The notes beneath the pieces were generated by a model that searched no databases, had not been told where the DNA came from, and was given only the letters and a program-made list of their open reading frames with translations. Shown here in pieces: positions 27,301 through 35,619 of a stretch of 64,000 bases of DNA (positions are counted from its first letter, which is position 1; each line of letters starts with the position of its first letter). Made by a program: the position numbers and the translations under genes. This stretch comes from a virus: IMG/VR virus record IMGVR_UViG_3300045975_000444, positions 19,296 to 83,295 of that record, one strand, 5' to 3'.

Positions 27301-29868
27301 GTCGAGCTTCTGCGCGACGATCTCCTCCCAGACCTGGCGCTCCTGGGCGGCCGCTTCGGCCGAGGTATTGGTCTCCTCGATCAGGCTCTTGATCGCCTCT
27401 TGCTGGCGCTCGTAGGCCTGCGTGACCTTCTTCGACTCGGCCTCCTGCTTGGAGAGTTCCTCCTGACTCTTGCCGACCGCGGTCACGAGCTTGCCGTGCT
27501 CGGCTGCCGTCTTGGCCGTCACCCCGAGGCTCTTCTGCTGGCTCTCGGCGAGCTTGCCGTCGGCCTCGGCCGCGTCGAGCGTGCCCTGCTTGCGCTTTTC
27601 AAGGAGGTCGAGTTGCTCTCGGAGCGCGACGTTCTGCTCGCGTGCCGCCTGCTCGGCATCGACACCGCCGGCCGCCTTCTTCGCCTCCAGCTCGGCCCGG
27701 TAGAAGTCGAGCTTGGCCTTCTTGTTGATGTCGGTGGCCTGCTGGGCAGCCTCGGCGGCATTCAACTCGGCCTCGCGCTGCTTGACGAGGACATCGATGT
27801 AGCCTTCGGCCGAGACCGGCAGGCTACCGGCCGCGGCGAGCGCCTCCTGCATCGCCGACGTGTAGGCGCGGATGCTGTTGACCGACTGCGCCAGTTCGAG
27901 CGCGCCCGCGGCCGCTTGCTGCTCCTGGAGCGAGAGGAACGCCATCCCCGAGCCAAGGCCGCGCACCGCATCCTCGGCGAGGCCAAGGGCGACCGCGAGG
28001 ACCTTGAGGTTCTCCGATTGACGCAGGTATTCGTCGGTGAGCGCCTTCTCGCCCGCCGTGTCGTGCGCGCGGATGGCGATCTGACGCTTCTGCAAAAGGT
28101 CGTCGAGAGCCCTGTTGACCTCGTCGATCGCGGCCTGCGCACCCTTGAGGTCGCCCGCCAGGCCCGCCGCGACACCGCCCGAGATGGTCCGGTCGAGTCC
28201 TGCCGACCTTGCGACCGACTCGGCCGCACGCCCGGAGATCTTCTGGCCGATGTCCGCGTCGGCAAGCCGCCGCTCGATGCCCTTGGCGATCTCCGAGCCG
28301 AGCGCCGCGCCGATCGCGAAGCCCCCGACCGCGACTGCCGCAACGACGGCCGGGCCGCCGAGCGTGGCCCCGATGGCCGCCCCGAGCGCACCGCCGACCG
28401 TGCCGAGTGCCGCCGGGACGCTCGTCAGGAGCGACGTGGCGATCCCGGTCGCGAGCGAGAGGGCGATCCCCGGCGCGGCGGCGGCGATGGCGAGCGTGAT
28501 CTGACCGACCATGTCGGTCACCGCATCGAGAACGACCGGGATGCCGCCCGAGATGGCGTCGGCGAAGATCTCGCCGAGCGACTCACCCTTGGCCGCGCTC
28601 GCAAGCGCATCGCCCAAGCGCTTGCCGATGTCGCCGAAGGCGTCGGCCAGACCCGACTCGGCAATCGCCTTGCGGATCGATTCGAGGAACTCGCTCAAGC
28701 CCGGCGCCAGCTCGGCCGCCAACTGCGTCGCGAGCCCCTCGGCCGCCGCCTGGATCGCCGAGAGATTCGTGGCGACGCTCGCGAGATTCTTGATCTGCTC
28801 GCCCGAGAGTGCCCGGCCGACCTTCTCGGCCTCGGCGGCGAGCCGGCCTAACCCCTCGCCACCCTCGGCCAAAAACGGCAAGAGCTGGAGCGCGTTGCGC
28901 CCGAATAGCTCCATGGCGAGCGCCGTACGCTCGGCCGACGGTCCCATCGCCGCCATCTTGTCGGCGACGAGCTGGAGCAGCTCGGACGACGAGCGCGCCT
29001 GGTCGGTTGCGATGCCGAGCTTCTGGAAGACCTCCTGAAAGCGCTCGGAGCCGTCGCGCGCTGCCTCGTAGGCACGAACAAGCTGGCCGACGCCGCGCGA
29101 GACGCCCTCGAAGGAGGTCCCCGTGACCTCGGCCGCGAACTTGAGCTTCGACAGCTCCTCGGCGGCGATGCCGGTCGACTGCGCCAGGTCGGCGAGCTGG
29201 CGCCCCGACTGGATCTGCTGATTCACCTCGGCGATCGCGTCCTTGACCGCCTTGAAGGAGACGACGACTGCGGCGGCCTTGAGCACCACATTCGTCAGCT
29301 CCGAGACGACGCTCTGACCGATGCCGGTCCCGAGCGCGCCGAGATTGCCCGTGGACCGGATGAACTGGAGCTGATCGTAGAGCGTGCTGAGATCGCGCTG
29401 GCTCGCGGCCGCCTGCCGGCCGACGCTGGTGATGCCCTCGGCGAGAGTCTCGGTCGCCCGCCCGCCCGCCTGAGCTGCCTCCCCGATCCGCGATGCCTGG
29501 TCGCCGAACAGCTCTAGCTGCTGGCCCGAGGCGGCCGCGGCCTGACCCGTTGCCACCAAGCCCTCGCGGGTCTCTTCGAGCTGCTCCGCGATCGCCCCGA
29601 AGCCGCCGGCCTGGGCCGCACTGGCGATACCCTGGACGATGCCCTCGAAGGCCCCCGCGAGCGCGGTCGCCGAGGCGGTCGCCTCGGTCAGCGAGGCGGC
29701 CAGCGTCCCGGCGCCCTGCTGCGCCTGAGCGAGCGACTCGGCGAGACCCTGGAAGCCCGAGGTCCCGGCAATCGAGTTGCCAACCTCCTGAGCTAGGCCC
29801 GCGAGACGGCGGAGCCCGGCCTCCGCGTCCGCGATGTCGAGAGTGATCCTTACCGGGATGTCGGGCAC
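21352..29868 (-). CDS. tape measure protein (2838 aa)
   Basis: very long Ala/Gly/Glu-rich helical protein after the chaperone genes; LADLAQSTGIAAEELSKLKFAAE...AMELFGRNALQLLPFL TMP motif. Confidence 0.92.
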   Translation of the reverse strand: MPDIPVRITLDIADAEAGLRRLAGLAQEVGNSIAGTSGFQGLAESLAQAQQGAGTLAASLTEATASATALAGAFEGIVQGIASAAQAGGFGAIAEQLEETREGLVATGQAAAASGQQLELFGDQASRIGEAAQAGGRATETLAEGITSVGRQAAASQRDLSTLYDQLQFIRSTGNLGALGTGIGQSVVSELTNVVLKAAAVVVSFKAVKDAIAEVNQQIQSGRQLADLAQSTGIAAEELSKLKFAAEVTGTSFEGVSRGVGQLVRAYEAARDGSERFQEVFQKLGIATDQARSSSELLQLVADKMAAMGPSAERTALAMELFGRNALQLLPFLAEGGEGLGRLAAEAEKVGRALSGEQIKNLASVATNLSAIQAAAEGLATQLAAELAPGLSEFLESIRKAIAESGLADAFGDIGKRLGDALASAAKGESLGEIFADAISGGIPVVLDAVTDMVGQITLAIAAAAPGIALSLATGIATSLLTSVPAALGTVGGALGAAIGATLGGPAVVAAVAVGGFAIGAALGSEIAKGIERRLADADIGQKISGRAAESVARSAGLDRTISGGVAAGLAGDLKGAQAAIDEVNRALDDLLQKRQIAIRAHDTAGEKALTDEYLRQSENLKVLAVALGLAEDAVRGLGSGMAFLSLQEQQAAAGALELAQSVNSIRAYTSAMQEALAAAGSLPVSAEGYIDVLVKQREAELNAAEAAQQATDINKKAKLDFYRAELEAKKAAGGVDAEQAAREQNVALREQLDLLEKRKQGTLDAAEADGKLAESQQKSLGVTAKTAAEHGKLVTAVGKSQEELSKQEAESKKVTQAYERQQEAIKSLIEETNTSAEAAAQERQVWEEIVAQKLDSAEVEERLIDLKVQAAAQQAVQLGANEKEIALLKETTRAREEDLKAVRELQKQQAGQERLKQINAELNYLRQAQQGLIPIEEAYRQIAIDQETINVGNRDLATNIVDAADEAERLREQFDQVNESVIEFGERFADTLADVVFEGEDLGEAFKNLGKSIGRDMFKAVLTEKLGFDQVFKANIFDLGKTTQGTLGGAFQGVFDIAGQGLGLIGNLFGLGGGGGGGIGIGGNTLTPGGGVLLPGVSVDLSTGNLVTGGGGLLNAANISTGGSGQTGLLSLLLGSNSNTGILGWAANKLGLGSLFGGGTTVISAGGTAISTSGTGQFANVVGGSSSTAPAGEAIAGGGFSGAGAFAGALGGFQGAQLFGGLISDTGLPARLANVERSILKNAQLVNTIMSTIVGAAVGGLGGGAGGIIGLLVGAVSSIFGKFLLQGVNREALRERTFQGTISENLLPMTATAFLGPAAFIPAVRDFLNDIGFGLLGIPTLGTAYRREAQRYLAGSEIFGPEGPVQAVLGPFSREDPVKARSRQVALERGLSEQAFREISAQGQALFGIIFGEGAEHPEDAGRIGLEMGQLFGEYFSRGIEEGMTVDEALQFARESFRGLAREAGVDVYKAFRKLGDAQEQVTLAAKEFTGATDTEAQAEGINALGESAAGLVEIFEQDFPQGTQLGLQALLSLEKDGKLAFEGLNQAQKEWLLSGAADFNDFAELWKDLAKQGYTVNQETFEKLTKSAAASAQFIGENWAKIFEAATPEGGVQALTEQLKAPIKTKFLEESTKQLFDKTAIATSFQPVFDVLDRAEDFDLKTPEGLQEWTTEITNAIAEGKGNLQSYLPQIKAQVAAWKEVDKAIDEALAPTKVEEFFGLMAEQTEQNLQAIEQMNARLLEAAVAAPGREGEVTRALTSESILAAQKQAAIDASLKGLAESPAAKRLAELTTQYEVTFAAAMEDGYVDAAEAADLSAIGEKMYLQGLQLAKGAEESGKIINQIFDNAAAKRQAEITAAVENAKAQERAILSGPISKALTEGIVGKKPLGEISVTLGEDIKAGLTEAIIGGMADALINAVVVQGFLAPFLAFWDIAVKDALSPEGPGGKEITPAEREGLRELATIIVEQGGKAVEFVLPFLEDLIGIGRDAGLGPPLTPAEKRRKERDEQREREQRDLPTREERQRERRLEERRRERARREKEELGLEGIAVAREEPTRREPLVRTIEQVGEGLTRFARRVKEGLGDLEQIEPGTGENVRRSLEELREGFKTGIGEQITQALAGIDPGAAKNFRETLEDISDIDPTGAAKIKDAMDDMAEMEPGAAEKLRETLTRVGGISPQDADSFVLAFEQLLKVSPELAKSIADSVGKLGQGMSPLAQITAALTAGLESVGPGFEDAGAAGAQAIADAGGALAAALQGIAAGLASIDFSTGGGGGGGGIVRRRTSIRRAGGGESDLESTASMLGLETVSSRSGRTSGGASGRGVASPPPRTSSPGGPRDGYTVPLSPHAPKPEEDEEGDEEKEFKVSFNYDAAIADFFAGGTEQELSEAISEATGQGLIDGLIAAIFAPEVEKMVEKISELFKKAKADGVITPEEMQEITTEAKKFGAQMKQDAKELKPIVKDIAKDFGVDLGDATSEGIVGGLSGAIEDFWRGGTKEDLRKAFNEATFKGVVEGMINALILSPVMKKYQEEWEAAYTKAMEDGTISIAEGKTLSKIADRMGDDFVTLAEYAQPGFQKLAKLFGVDIAKETKEALPEGVKGGIAAAFRDSKTPEEFLNNVRKGIYEHVLDALIQAFIADALIQGALAPFLAYLDLVWKQVAEGKKTREQGIAETRIILGYIHDETEALLPLFAEFAGTTKSFASDLGYVAESADTTADAAERAADAAEDVSDATAQLETEMVELGKVKADILGATAQLAFESLVPAGPDTRKISPEEQAELNAIMRQMTILLARLLDDGVTATTYLDGVQVSRQVEKSNTRRQRAGAVTTGPAA

Positions 29869-29891
29869 CTACACCTCCGACTCCCGATCGC

Positions 29892-30353
29892 TCACCAGCT
29901 CTTGAGCGCCTGGCGCTGGCGGATGGCCCGGAACATCTCGGCCTCGCTCGGCCCCTCGTCCTCGGCGTCGCGGTTGGCCTCGGCGGCGACCAGCGACACC
30001 CATCCCATCACGTCCAGCCAGAGCTTCTTCGGAATGCGGTACATCCGCAGCGCGTGCTTGTGCATTTTTAGATTGAAGTAAAACTTGGTGACGTCGACGG
30101 TCGGGCTTTTGGGGTCGTCGGGGAAGAGTCGCTTCTTGTCGTCCCGGCGGTTGAGCGAGCCGGAGTCGAACACCCAGCGGTAGATGCCGTAGGCCCGAGC
30201 GTCTTCGCGTGCGAGCGCCCGGAACGGGCACTTCCCGTAGAAGCACACGGCAGCCCCGCCTGCCGATTCCTCGCTCCATTGCTTGCACTCCTGACAGCTC
30301 CTCGGGTTGCCCTGCCGATGGACTAGGCGACAGAGCGACCTGATCCGTTTCCC
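29892..30353 (-). CDS. tail assembly chaperone C-terminal extension (gpGT-like), reached by -1 frameshift
   Basis: -1 frame from G GGA AAC reads GKRIRSLCRLVHRQGNPRSCQECK...VCFYGKCPF into the 29892-30248 ORF with no stop. Confidence 0.8.
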   Translation of the reverse strand, partial: GKRIRSLCRLVHRQGNPRSCQECKQWSEESAGGAAVCFYGKCPFRALAREDARAYGIYRWVFDSGSLNRRDDKKRLFPDDPKSPTVDVTKFYFNLKMHKHALRMYRIPKKLWLDVMGWVSLVAAEANRDAEDEGPSEAEMFRAIRQRQALKSW

Positions 30354-30841
30354 GATTCGGCCTTGCGCTCGTAGACCCGGTTCACCGATTTGCGCATCGC
30401 CGTCATCACCGGCTCACGGAAGCGCGCCGGCCAGGCGTTGCGGTACATATGGACGAGCATGTTCGTGTTGAAGCGGATGGTGCGCTTGGGGTCGGCGAGC
30501 AGCTCGTCGATGATCCCGCCCGTGTAGTCCTGGTTGTCGTTGCAGGTCTCGTAGAAGTTGGAGAGGTTCAAGCCCTCCCAGTCGATCACGATCCGCTGGA
30601 GAAACTCGGCGTCGGCCTCGGCCATCGCCTCGTCGCGGAGCGTGCCTTGGGGAAGCGCCTGCGCCTCGGTGATCTTCTCGATCAGGGAGTCATACGCTCG
30701 GACGCCGAGGCGGCGGATCATCAGCTTGAAGGTGATCCCCGTCTTGGAGTCGGTGTTGATCGGAAGCGGATAGAGCGGGTCGTCGGCCGGTGCCGACGTC
30801 ACGCCCTCGCCGAATAGCTCGACTGCACTGAAGGTCTTCAT
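30323..30841 (-). CDS. tail assembly chaperone (gpG-like)
   Basis: between tail tube and TMP; IVIDWEGL motif; AGGAGGAG RBS; slippery site near the 3' end. Confidence 0.85.
   Translation of the reverse strand: MKTFSAVELFGEGVTSAPADDPLYPLPINTDSKTGITFKLMIRRLGVRAYDSLIEKITEAQALPQGTLRDEAMAEADAEFLQRIVIDWEGLNLSNFYETCNDNQDYTGGIIDELLADPKRTIRFNTNMLVHMYRNAWPARFREPVMTAMRKSVNRVYERKAESGNGSGRSVA
30347..30353 (-). other. programmed -1 frameshift slippery heptamer GGGAAAC
   Basis: X XXY YYZ in the correct phase (TCG GGA AAC), 8 codons before the stop. Confidence 0.8.
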
Positions 30842-30901
30842 GCGATCTCACTCCTCCTGTTCTCTATCCCCTCTGTGTGAATGGACCACTTGAGACGCGA
30901 A

Positions 30902-30931
30902 GCGGCGCGCGGTTACGGGTACGCGCGCCGC
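30902..30931 (-). terminator. hairpin downstream of the tail tube gene
   Basis: GCGGCGCGCG...CGCGCGCCGC inverted repeat in the intergenic region. Confidence 0.45.
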
Positions 30932-31011
30932 CCCTCGCCTCCGAACGAGCGCGCGACGCAAGGCCTTGTCCTGCCGGGAGGGGCCTCGGGCCGCATGGCG
31001 CTCGGGAGTTT

Positions 31012-32052
31012 CTAGGCCTTGTCGAGCGCGTCGAAGTCCAAGAAGAACTCGTTCTGCGCCGTCGCGTTCTGGAGGTTGAACTGGAGCTGATAGAGGAGCC
31101 GGTCGCCGGCGACCGACTTGGTGATGGTCCGCATCTGCGGATGGGTCACCGTGAAGGTGATCAGGTCGTAGGCGTCGGGCGTCTCCAAGGACTTGACCGT
31201 GAACGAGATGGTCTCGGTGACGTCGCCCGCGATGAGGCGCTTGAACGGGTCGTAGTTGTCGAGATTCTTCTCGGCCTCGATGGTGACCGAGAAGGTCGGC
31301 GCCCGGACACCCATCTCGACGCCCGCCAAGCCGTTCTCGGAGGTGGTCTGGGCGAAGTCGGGCCGGTCGTCGATCGTCCAGCCGGAGTTTAGCTCGAAGG
31401 TCCGGGCGAAGAGGTTCGGCTCCAGGTAGTCGCCGTCGACATGGTCCTCGAACTTCATGCCGGTCTTCATCAACCGGACGGCGCGGTTGGCCGGGAGGGT
31501 CGGGGTCGGCGGTGTGGCGTCGGAGACGATCTCGCGCACCTGGCCGGTGATGTCGAAGGCGAGCCGGATCGACTTGCCGGCGTCGCCCGAGATCCGGCAG
31601 TTGGCAAGCGCGCCCGCCAGAATCTGGCGGACCTCCTCGTTGTAGACGCCGACCCGGCCCGACTCGTAGTCCTTGTCGCGGAACTTGTAGCGGTGCCGCG
31701 TCCGGGCGGGCGGCCCGACGATCGCCGACGGCGCCACCGCCTCCATGCCCGCCATGCGAAGGAGCGTGTCGAAGTAGGGCTTCAGCCCCGGCCCGGTCGC
31801 CGCCGGCTGGCCGCCGCCCTGGAGCAAGACCTCGACCGACGACCGCCCGCGCGTGATCCCCGGAACCTGGCGCTGCGGCGTCTTGGTCCCGGTCAGCGGC
31901 TGGACGTCGTCGAACTCCTGCTCGACCGTGTAGGCCGCGGCCGGGTCGCCGTAGACCAGCATCGCCTCGGTCCCGACCGGGAACGTCCCCGGCGTCGCCT
32001 CGGCATAGACGGTCTCCATCTCCGCATAGATCGAAGTTATACGAGCCGGCAT
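31012..32052 (-). CDS. major tail tube protein
   Basis: position; N-terminal E.VY..TP and LLRMAGM motifs; beta-rich; GAGGAGG RBS. Confidence 0.8.
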   Translation of the reverse strand: MPARITSIYAEMETVYAEATPGTFPVGTEAMLVYGDPAAAYTVEQEFDDVQPLTGTKTPQRQVPGITRGRSSVEVLLQGGGQPAATGPGLKPYFDTLLRMAGMEAVAPSAIVGPPARTRHRYKFRDKDYESGRVGVYNEEVRQILAGALANCRISGDAGKSIRLAFDITGQVREIVSDATPPTPTLPANRAVRLMKTGMKFEDHVDGDYLEPNLFARTFELNSGWTIDDRPDFAQTTSENGLAGVEMGVRAPTFSVTIEAEKNLDNYDPFKRLIAGDVTETISFTVKSLETPDAYDLITFTVTHPQMRTITKSVAGDRLLYQLQFNLQNATAQNEFFLDFDALDKA

Positions 32053-32190
32053 CGCGTCCTCCTCGCGGCGCCCGGAGGGATGTCCGGGCCGTGTGCGACG
32101 AGGCTCGCGCAGTGCGGCAGGGTTACTAAACCAGCGAGATGGAGGCGGTGAAGTAGGACACGATGGGCCGGCGTGATACGAGAGACGTGG

Positions 32191-32814
32191 ATGCCGACCC
32201 TACGGTGCGAGAACTGCGGAGCACCTTTCCGGGTGAAGCCATCCGCCGTCGCCGCGGCCCGATTCTGCTCGCGGCGATGCAGAGCGAAGGCGCGGGGGGT
32301 CGAGCACCTCGCCGCGATGAAGCGCGGCCAGCCGGCGCTCAACGCCGCTGGGCTAACGAAGCGCTGTGCCCGGTGCGGCCGTGAGTTTCCGGTCCCGCCG
32401 AGCAAATTCGAGGCGAGGCGGCATTGCAGCAAGGAGTGCTACGACATCGCCCAACGGGTTCGACCCTGGATGAAGGCGTGCCCCCAATGTGGCCGCGACT
32501 TCACGCCCGCACACGGCACCCAGCTCTACTGCGATCGGCGTTGCTACCACGACGCTGACCGGGCACCAGCTCGGCCACCCTACCTCCGGGTCGGAGTCGA
32601 CGGGCGACTCGCGCTGGTACACCGCCACCTCATGGAGCAGCACCTCGGCCGGCGGCTAGCCCGGTCCGAGCACGTGCATCACATCAACGGCAACACGCGC
32701 GACAACCGCCTGGAGAACCTGCGGGTCCTCTCGGCATCCGAGCACATGCGCCTGAGTAAGCAGGAGAACGCCCGGCGCCGCCGCGCCGCTATTTCCCTTG
32801 CTTCTCCTTCTTAG
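32191..32814 (+). CDS. HNH homing endonuclease with three CxxC-F-x-FCSxxC zinc-finger repeats
   Basis: [35 protein letters not shown]; inserted antisense within the tail operon. Confidence 0.9.
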   Translation: MPTLRCENCGAPFRVKPSAVAAARFCSRRCRAKARGVEHLAAMKRGQPALNAAGLTKRCARCGREFPVPPSKFEARRHCSKECYDIAQRVRPWMKACPQCGRDFTPAHGTQLYCDRRCYHDADRAPARPPYLRVGVDGRLALVHRHLMEQHLGRRLARSEHVHHINGNTRDNRLENLRVLSASEHMRLSKQENARRRRAAISLASPS

Positions 32815-32932
32815 CCCTACGAGCGGTATCCAGGGCGGCCGCGACGGCCTGCTTGGTGGGGTAACCCTCCTTGCGCATCTTGCTGATGTTCTCGGACACG
32901 GTCTTCTGACTCGATCCCTTCTTGAGCGGCAT
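32789..32932 (-). CDS. small basic conserved phage protein (MPLKKG family, 47 aa)
   Basis: [42 protein letters not shown]; GAGGGGAG RBS; absent from the ORF track. Confidence 0.75.
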   Translation of the reverse strand: MPLKKGSSQKTVSENISKMRKEGYPTKQAVAAALDTARRAKKEKQGK

Positions 32933-32941
32933 GTCTCCCCC

Positions 32942-33451
32942 TCAGATCCCCCTCGGATCGTCTACATCCCTGTCGATTTCGCATCTCAGCCCAAGATAAC
33001 CGTCCACGACCCCATCCGGCGCAAGCCCGAGGTTCACTGCCGACCCGGTCTCGAACGAGTCGATCACGACCTCCTCGTCGCCGTAGCCGTCGGCGCGCGG
33101 CGCCAGGAACGTGTAGCCCCGGCCAATCGCCCGCTGGAGGTCGCCGAGAATGTCGGTCGCGACCCGGACCTTGTCGTCGCCGCGCGCCTGGTAGGGCACG
33201 TTGAAGTTCAAGACGATGTGGATCTTGTCGCGGATACGGCTGCCCGAGTAGGCCGGCGTCTCGTCGGCCGAGAAGTAGATCTTCACGTTCGGCATCGGCA
33301 GGGTCTCGGGCGCGTCGACCGCGGCGACGATGCGCGCGCGCGGGACCGTCACGTGATAGCCGTCTACCCCCGAGACGAGCTTCTCGGCGAGCCGGTCCTT
33401 CATCGCCTCGATGGCGCGGTGGCGGATCGTGCCGTTGAAGTCGAGCGCCAT
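32942..33451 (-). CDS. tail terminator / tail completion protein
   Basis: position before the tail tube, 169 aa, alternating beta/alpha pattern. Confidence 0.6.
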   Translation of the reverse strand: MALDFNGTIRHRAIEAMKDRLAEKLVSGVDGYHVTVPRARIVAAVDAPETLPMPNVKIYFSADETPAYSGSRIRDKIHIVLNFNVPYQARGDDKVRVATDILGDLQRAIGRGYTFLAPRADGYGDEEVVIDSFETGSAVNLGLAPDGVVDGYLGLRCEIDRDVDDPRGI

Positions 33452-33460
33452 CGCCCCACC

Positions 33461-34018
33461 TCACTCCGCCGCGTCGAAGGCGCCCTGCATCGCGCCCGAG
33501 AAGACCGCGACGCCCTCGTCCATCTTCTGCTGGATGACCCAATTCAAGTACCCGTGGCCGGCGTGCGGCGGGTGATAGACCTGGCCCTTGAGCGCCGCGA
33601 CCGGGCCGCCCAAGGTCTTCGAGCCGGGGTCGTAGGCGAGCGCCACGCCGCCGCCCGAGCGACCCATCAGCTTGACGGTCGGGCCGAAGCCGCCGCCGCC
33701 ACCCTTGGCGAACGGAATCCACAGCAGCGGGCCGACCTGAGCGCGCGCCGAATGGACGTAGGGGAACCAGTTCTTGGCGCGAATCCAGCCGCCGAACTCG
33801 GCGATCCGCCACCATGGAGGGAGCGGCTCGTGGACCGGGCCGATGATCACCGACAGCTCCTCCCTAAACCAGCCGATCGACGCTTTCAGGCGCTGGCCCG
33901 GCGCCTCGGCCTTGACCTCCTCGGCGAAGAAGGCGGCCATCGCTTCGAGGCCGGCGATCGCGCCCGAGCGAAGGATCGCGGCGAGCTGCTCGCCGACGTT
34001 GGGCGTCCCGTTCGCCAT
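33461..34018 (-). CDS. neck / tail-completion protein (HK97 gp10-like)
   Basis: APGQRLKASI...AEFGGWIRAKN...L.IP...YL motif. Confidence 0.65.
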   Translation of the reverse strand: MANGTPNVGEQLAAILRSGAIAGLEAMAAFFAEEVKAEAPGQRLKASIGWFREELSVIIGPVHEPLPPWWRIAEFGGWIRAKNWFPYVHSARAQVGPLLWIPFAKGGGGGFGPTVKLMGRSGGGVALAYDPGSKTLGGPVAALKGQVYHPPHAGHGYLNWVIQQKMDEGVAVFSGAMQGAFDAAE

Positions 34019-35046
34019 CAGGAGAGCCTGCGGTGGCGGTCGAAGCACTCCTGCACCTCGGGCAGGAGGAACGACTGGCGCATGACGAAGTTGGTCGACG
34101 CGCCGGGCTGCGCGCCCGAGGTGTACGAGGTCACGCCGAGCCGGTGCTCGTTTTGGAGGATGAAGCCGACCTGAAGCGCGGCCATCTGGCGGAGGTCGCG
34201 CGGCAGGCCGCCGGTCGCGACCGCCATGCCGCCGGTGTACTCGACGTAGACGTGGCAGCCCTGCCAGCCGGGGAACGAGAGCCGTCCGGTCTGGGCGTCG
34301 ATGTCGGCGTCCGCCGGAAGGCCAGCGGGAAGCGCCTCCCAGTCGGGGTCGGTCGGGTCGCCCTCGGCCGCGGCGAAGCCGAAGGAGAGCACCTCGTCGA
34401 TCGGGTAGCGCCTGAGCCTCACCGTCCGCCGGCCGCCCGAGCGGGCGCCGCCGGTCGAGAGCGGGATCACCTCGCGCTCGGGCGCCGAGGCATCGAGCTT
34501 CAGGATCTTCCTGGACGCGTACTCCTCGAAGAACTCGGTCACCGCCGCGATCCAGACCGGCGCGCGCGAGTCGAAGGTCTCCGACCAGGCCGTGAAGATG
34601 GCCTTCACGTCGGAGGTCGTGCAGATCATCGGCCGGCGCCAGAGGAGGAGGCGGTGCTCGGCGATCGCCTCTTGCGGGACGGTCGTCCCCGCCATGGTGT
34701 GGCGCACCCGGAAGATGGCCGAGAACTCGCCGATGTCGGCCCGCGGGTCGGCGACTGTCGTATCGGCCGACGAGAAGTCCCAGGCGATCGCGCCGTCGGG
34801 CGAGCCGATGGTCACGCCATGGTCGCCCGGAACGAACACCCCGGCCTCGGCGAACTTCCACATGTTGGCCGTCAGCGGGTCGGATGGGTCGCGGCCGTTG
34901 ACGATCTCGCCGGTCGACTCGTCGCGCAGCTCGATGGTCCCGAGGAGGATATTGGCAAGCGGCACGGGCGCCCGGTTTCGATCCTCGATCACCCCGGACC
35001 AGAAGCCCGACTGCCCCTCGCGATAGACGGCGAGCGTGTCCAGCAT
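34018..35046 (-). CDS. head-tail adaptor (gp6/gp15-like) with extra N-terminal beta domain
   Basis: C-terminal ICTTSDVKA...YTGG....LPRDLRQMA...LLPEVQECFDRHRR. Confidence 0.75.
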   Translation of the reverse strand: MLDTLAVYREGQSGFWSGVIEDRNRAPVPLANILLGTIELRDESTGEIVNGRDPSDPLTANMWKFAEAGVFVPGDHGVTIGSPDGAIAWDFSSADTTVADPRADIGEFSAIFRVRHTMAGTTVPQEAIAEHRLLLWRRPMICTTSDVKAIFTAWSETFDSRAPVWIAAVTEFFEEYASRKILKLDASAPEREVIPLSTGGARSGGRRTVRLRRYPIDEVLSFGFAAAEGDPTDPDWEALPAGLPADADIDAQTGRLSFPGWQGCHVYVEYTGGMAVATGGLPRDLRQMAALQVGFILQNEHRLGVTSYTSGAQPGASTNFVMRQSFLLPEVQECFDRHRRLS

Positions 35047-35080
35047 TGCGGGCGAGCGTGCCCGCGCCCGCGAGGGTTTC

Positions 35081-35356
35081 TTAGCGCTGGAGCGCGGGCG
35101 CGGTCCGGAGCACCTCCAAGGCGTGATCCATCTTGGCTTCGAGTCGGCCGATCGCCCGCGCGTTGTCGTCGCCCCGCTCGTAGATCGTCGTGATGACCGC
35201 CTGGAAGTCACGGTCGCGCTGCTGGAGCCCGCCGGTCGCCCAGATGACCGCGCCGCCGAAGATGAACATCGCCGTGAACGCCGCGGCGTCGATCAGCCGG
35301 TGGAGCCGGTAGCTCCGCTCCAGCCGGTCGATCCGCTCCTCCAGGGTCTCGGGCAT
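35081..35356 (-). CDS. single-TM coiled-coil protein (lysis-associated candidate)
   Basis: EERIDRLE, then a TM segment, then IGRLEAKMD. Confidence 0.55.
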   Translation of the reverse strand: MPETLEERIDRLERSYRLHRLIDAAAFTAMFIFGGAVIWATGGLQQRDRDFQAVITTIYERGDDNARAIGRLEAKMDHALEVLRTAPALQR

Positions 35357-35357
35357 C

Positions 35358-35606
35358 TCACGGCGCCCTCTTCATCTGATCGACCTCGGAGCGGAGTGCG
35401 GCGACGTCGGCCATCGCCTTGGAGAGGTTCCGACCCATCTCGATCGTCTCGTCCGAGCCCTCGCCCTGGCGAAGCCTGACCCCGAGGATCGCGAGCGCGA
35501 GCACGAAGATCGCCAGGATACCGACCACCCGCATCGCCCTGACCGTCGCTTCGAGGGCGCCGAGCCGATCGGTCCCGTTGCTGTCGCCGTTGCCGTTCTC
35601 GGCCAT
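35358..35606 (-). CDS. single-TM membrane protein
   Basis: RLGALEATVR followed by TM VVGILAIFVLALAILGV. Confidence 0.55.
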   Translation of the reverse strand: MAENGNGDSNGTDRLGALEATVRAMRVVGILAIFVLALAILGVRLRQGEGSDETIEMGRNLSKAMADVAALRSEVDQMKRAP

Positions 35607-35619
35607 CTTCGTCCCCCCT

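Noticed and set aside
35081-35606. Complete lysis cassette
   Set aside because: Two TM proteins are present, but no endolysin or lipoprotein spanin motif was recognised, so they are left as candidates.
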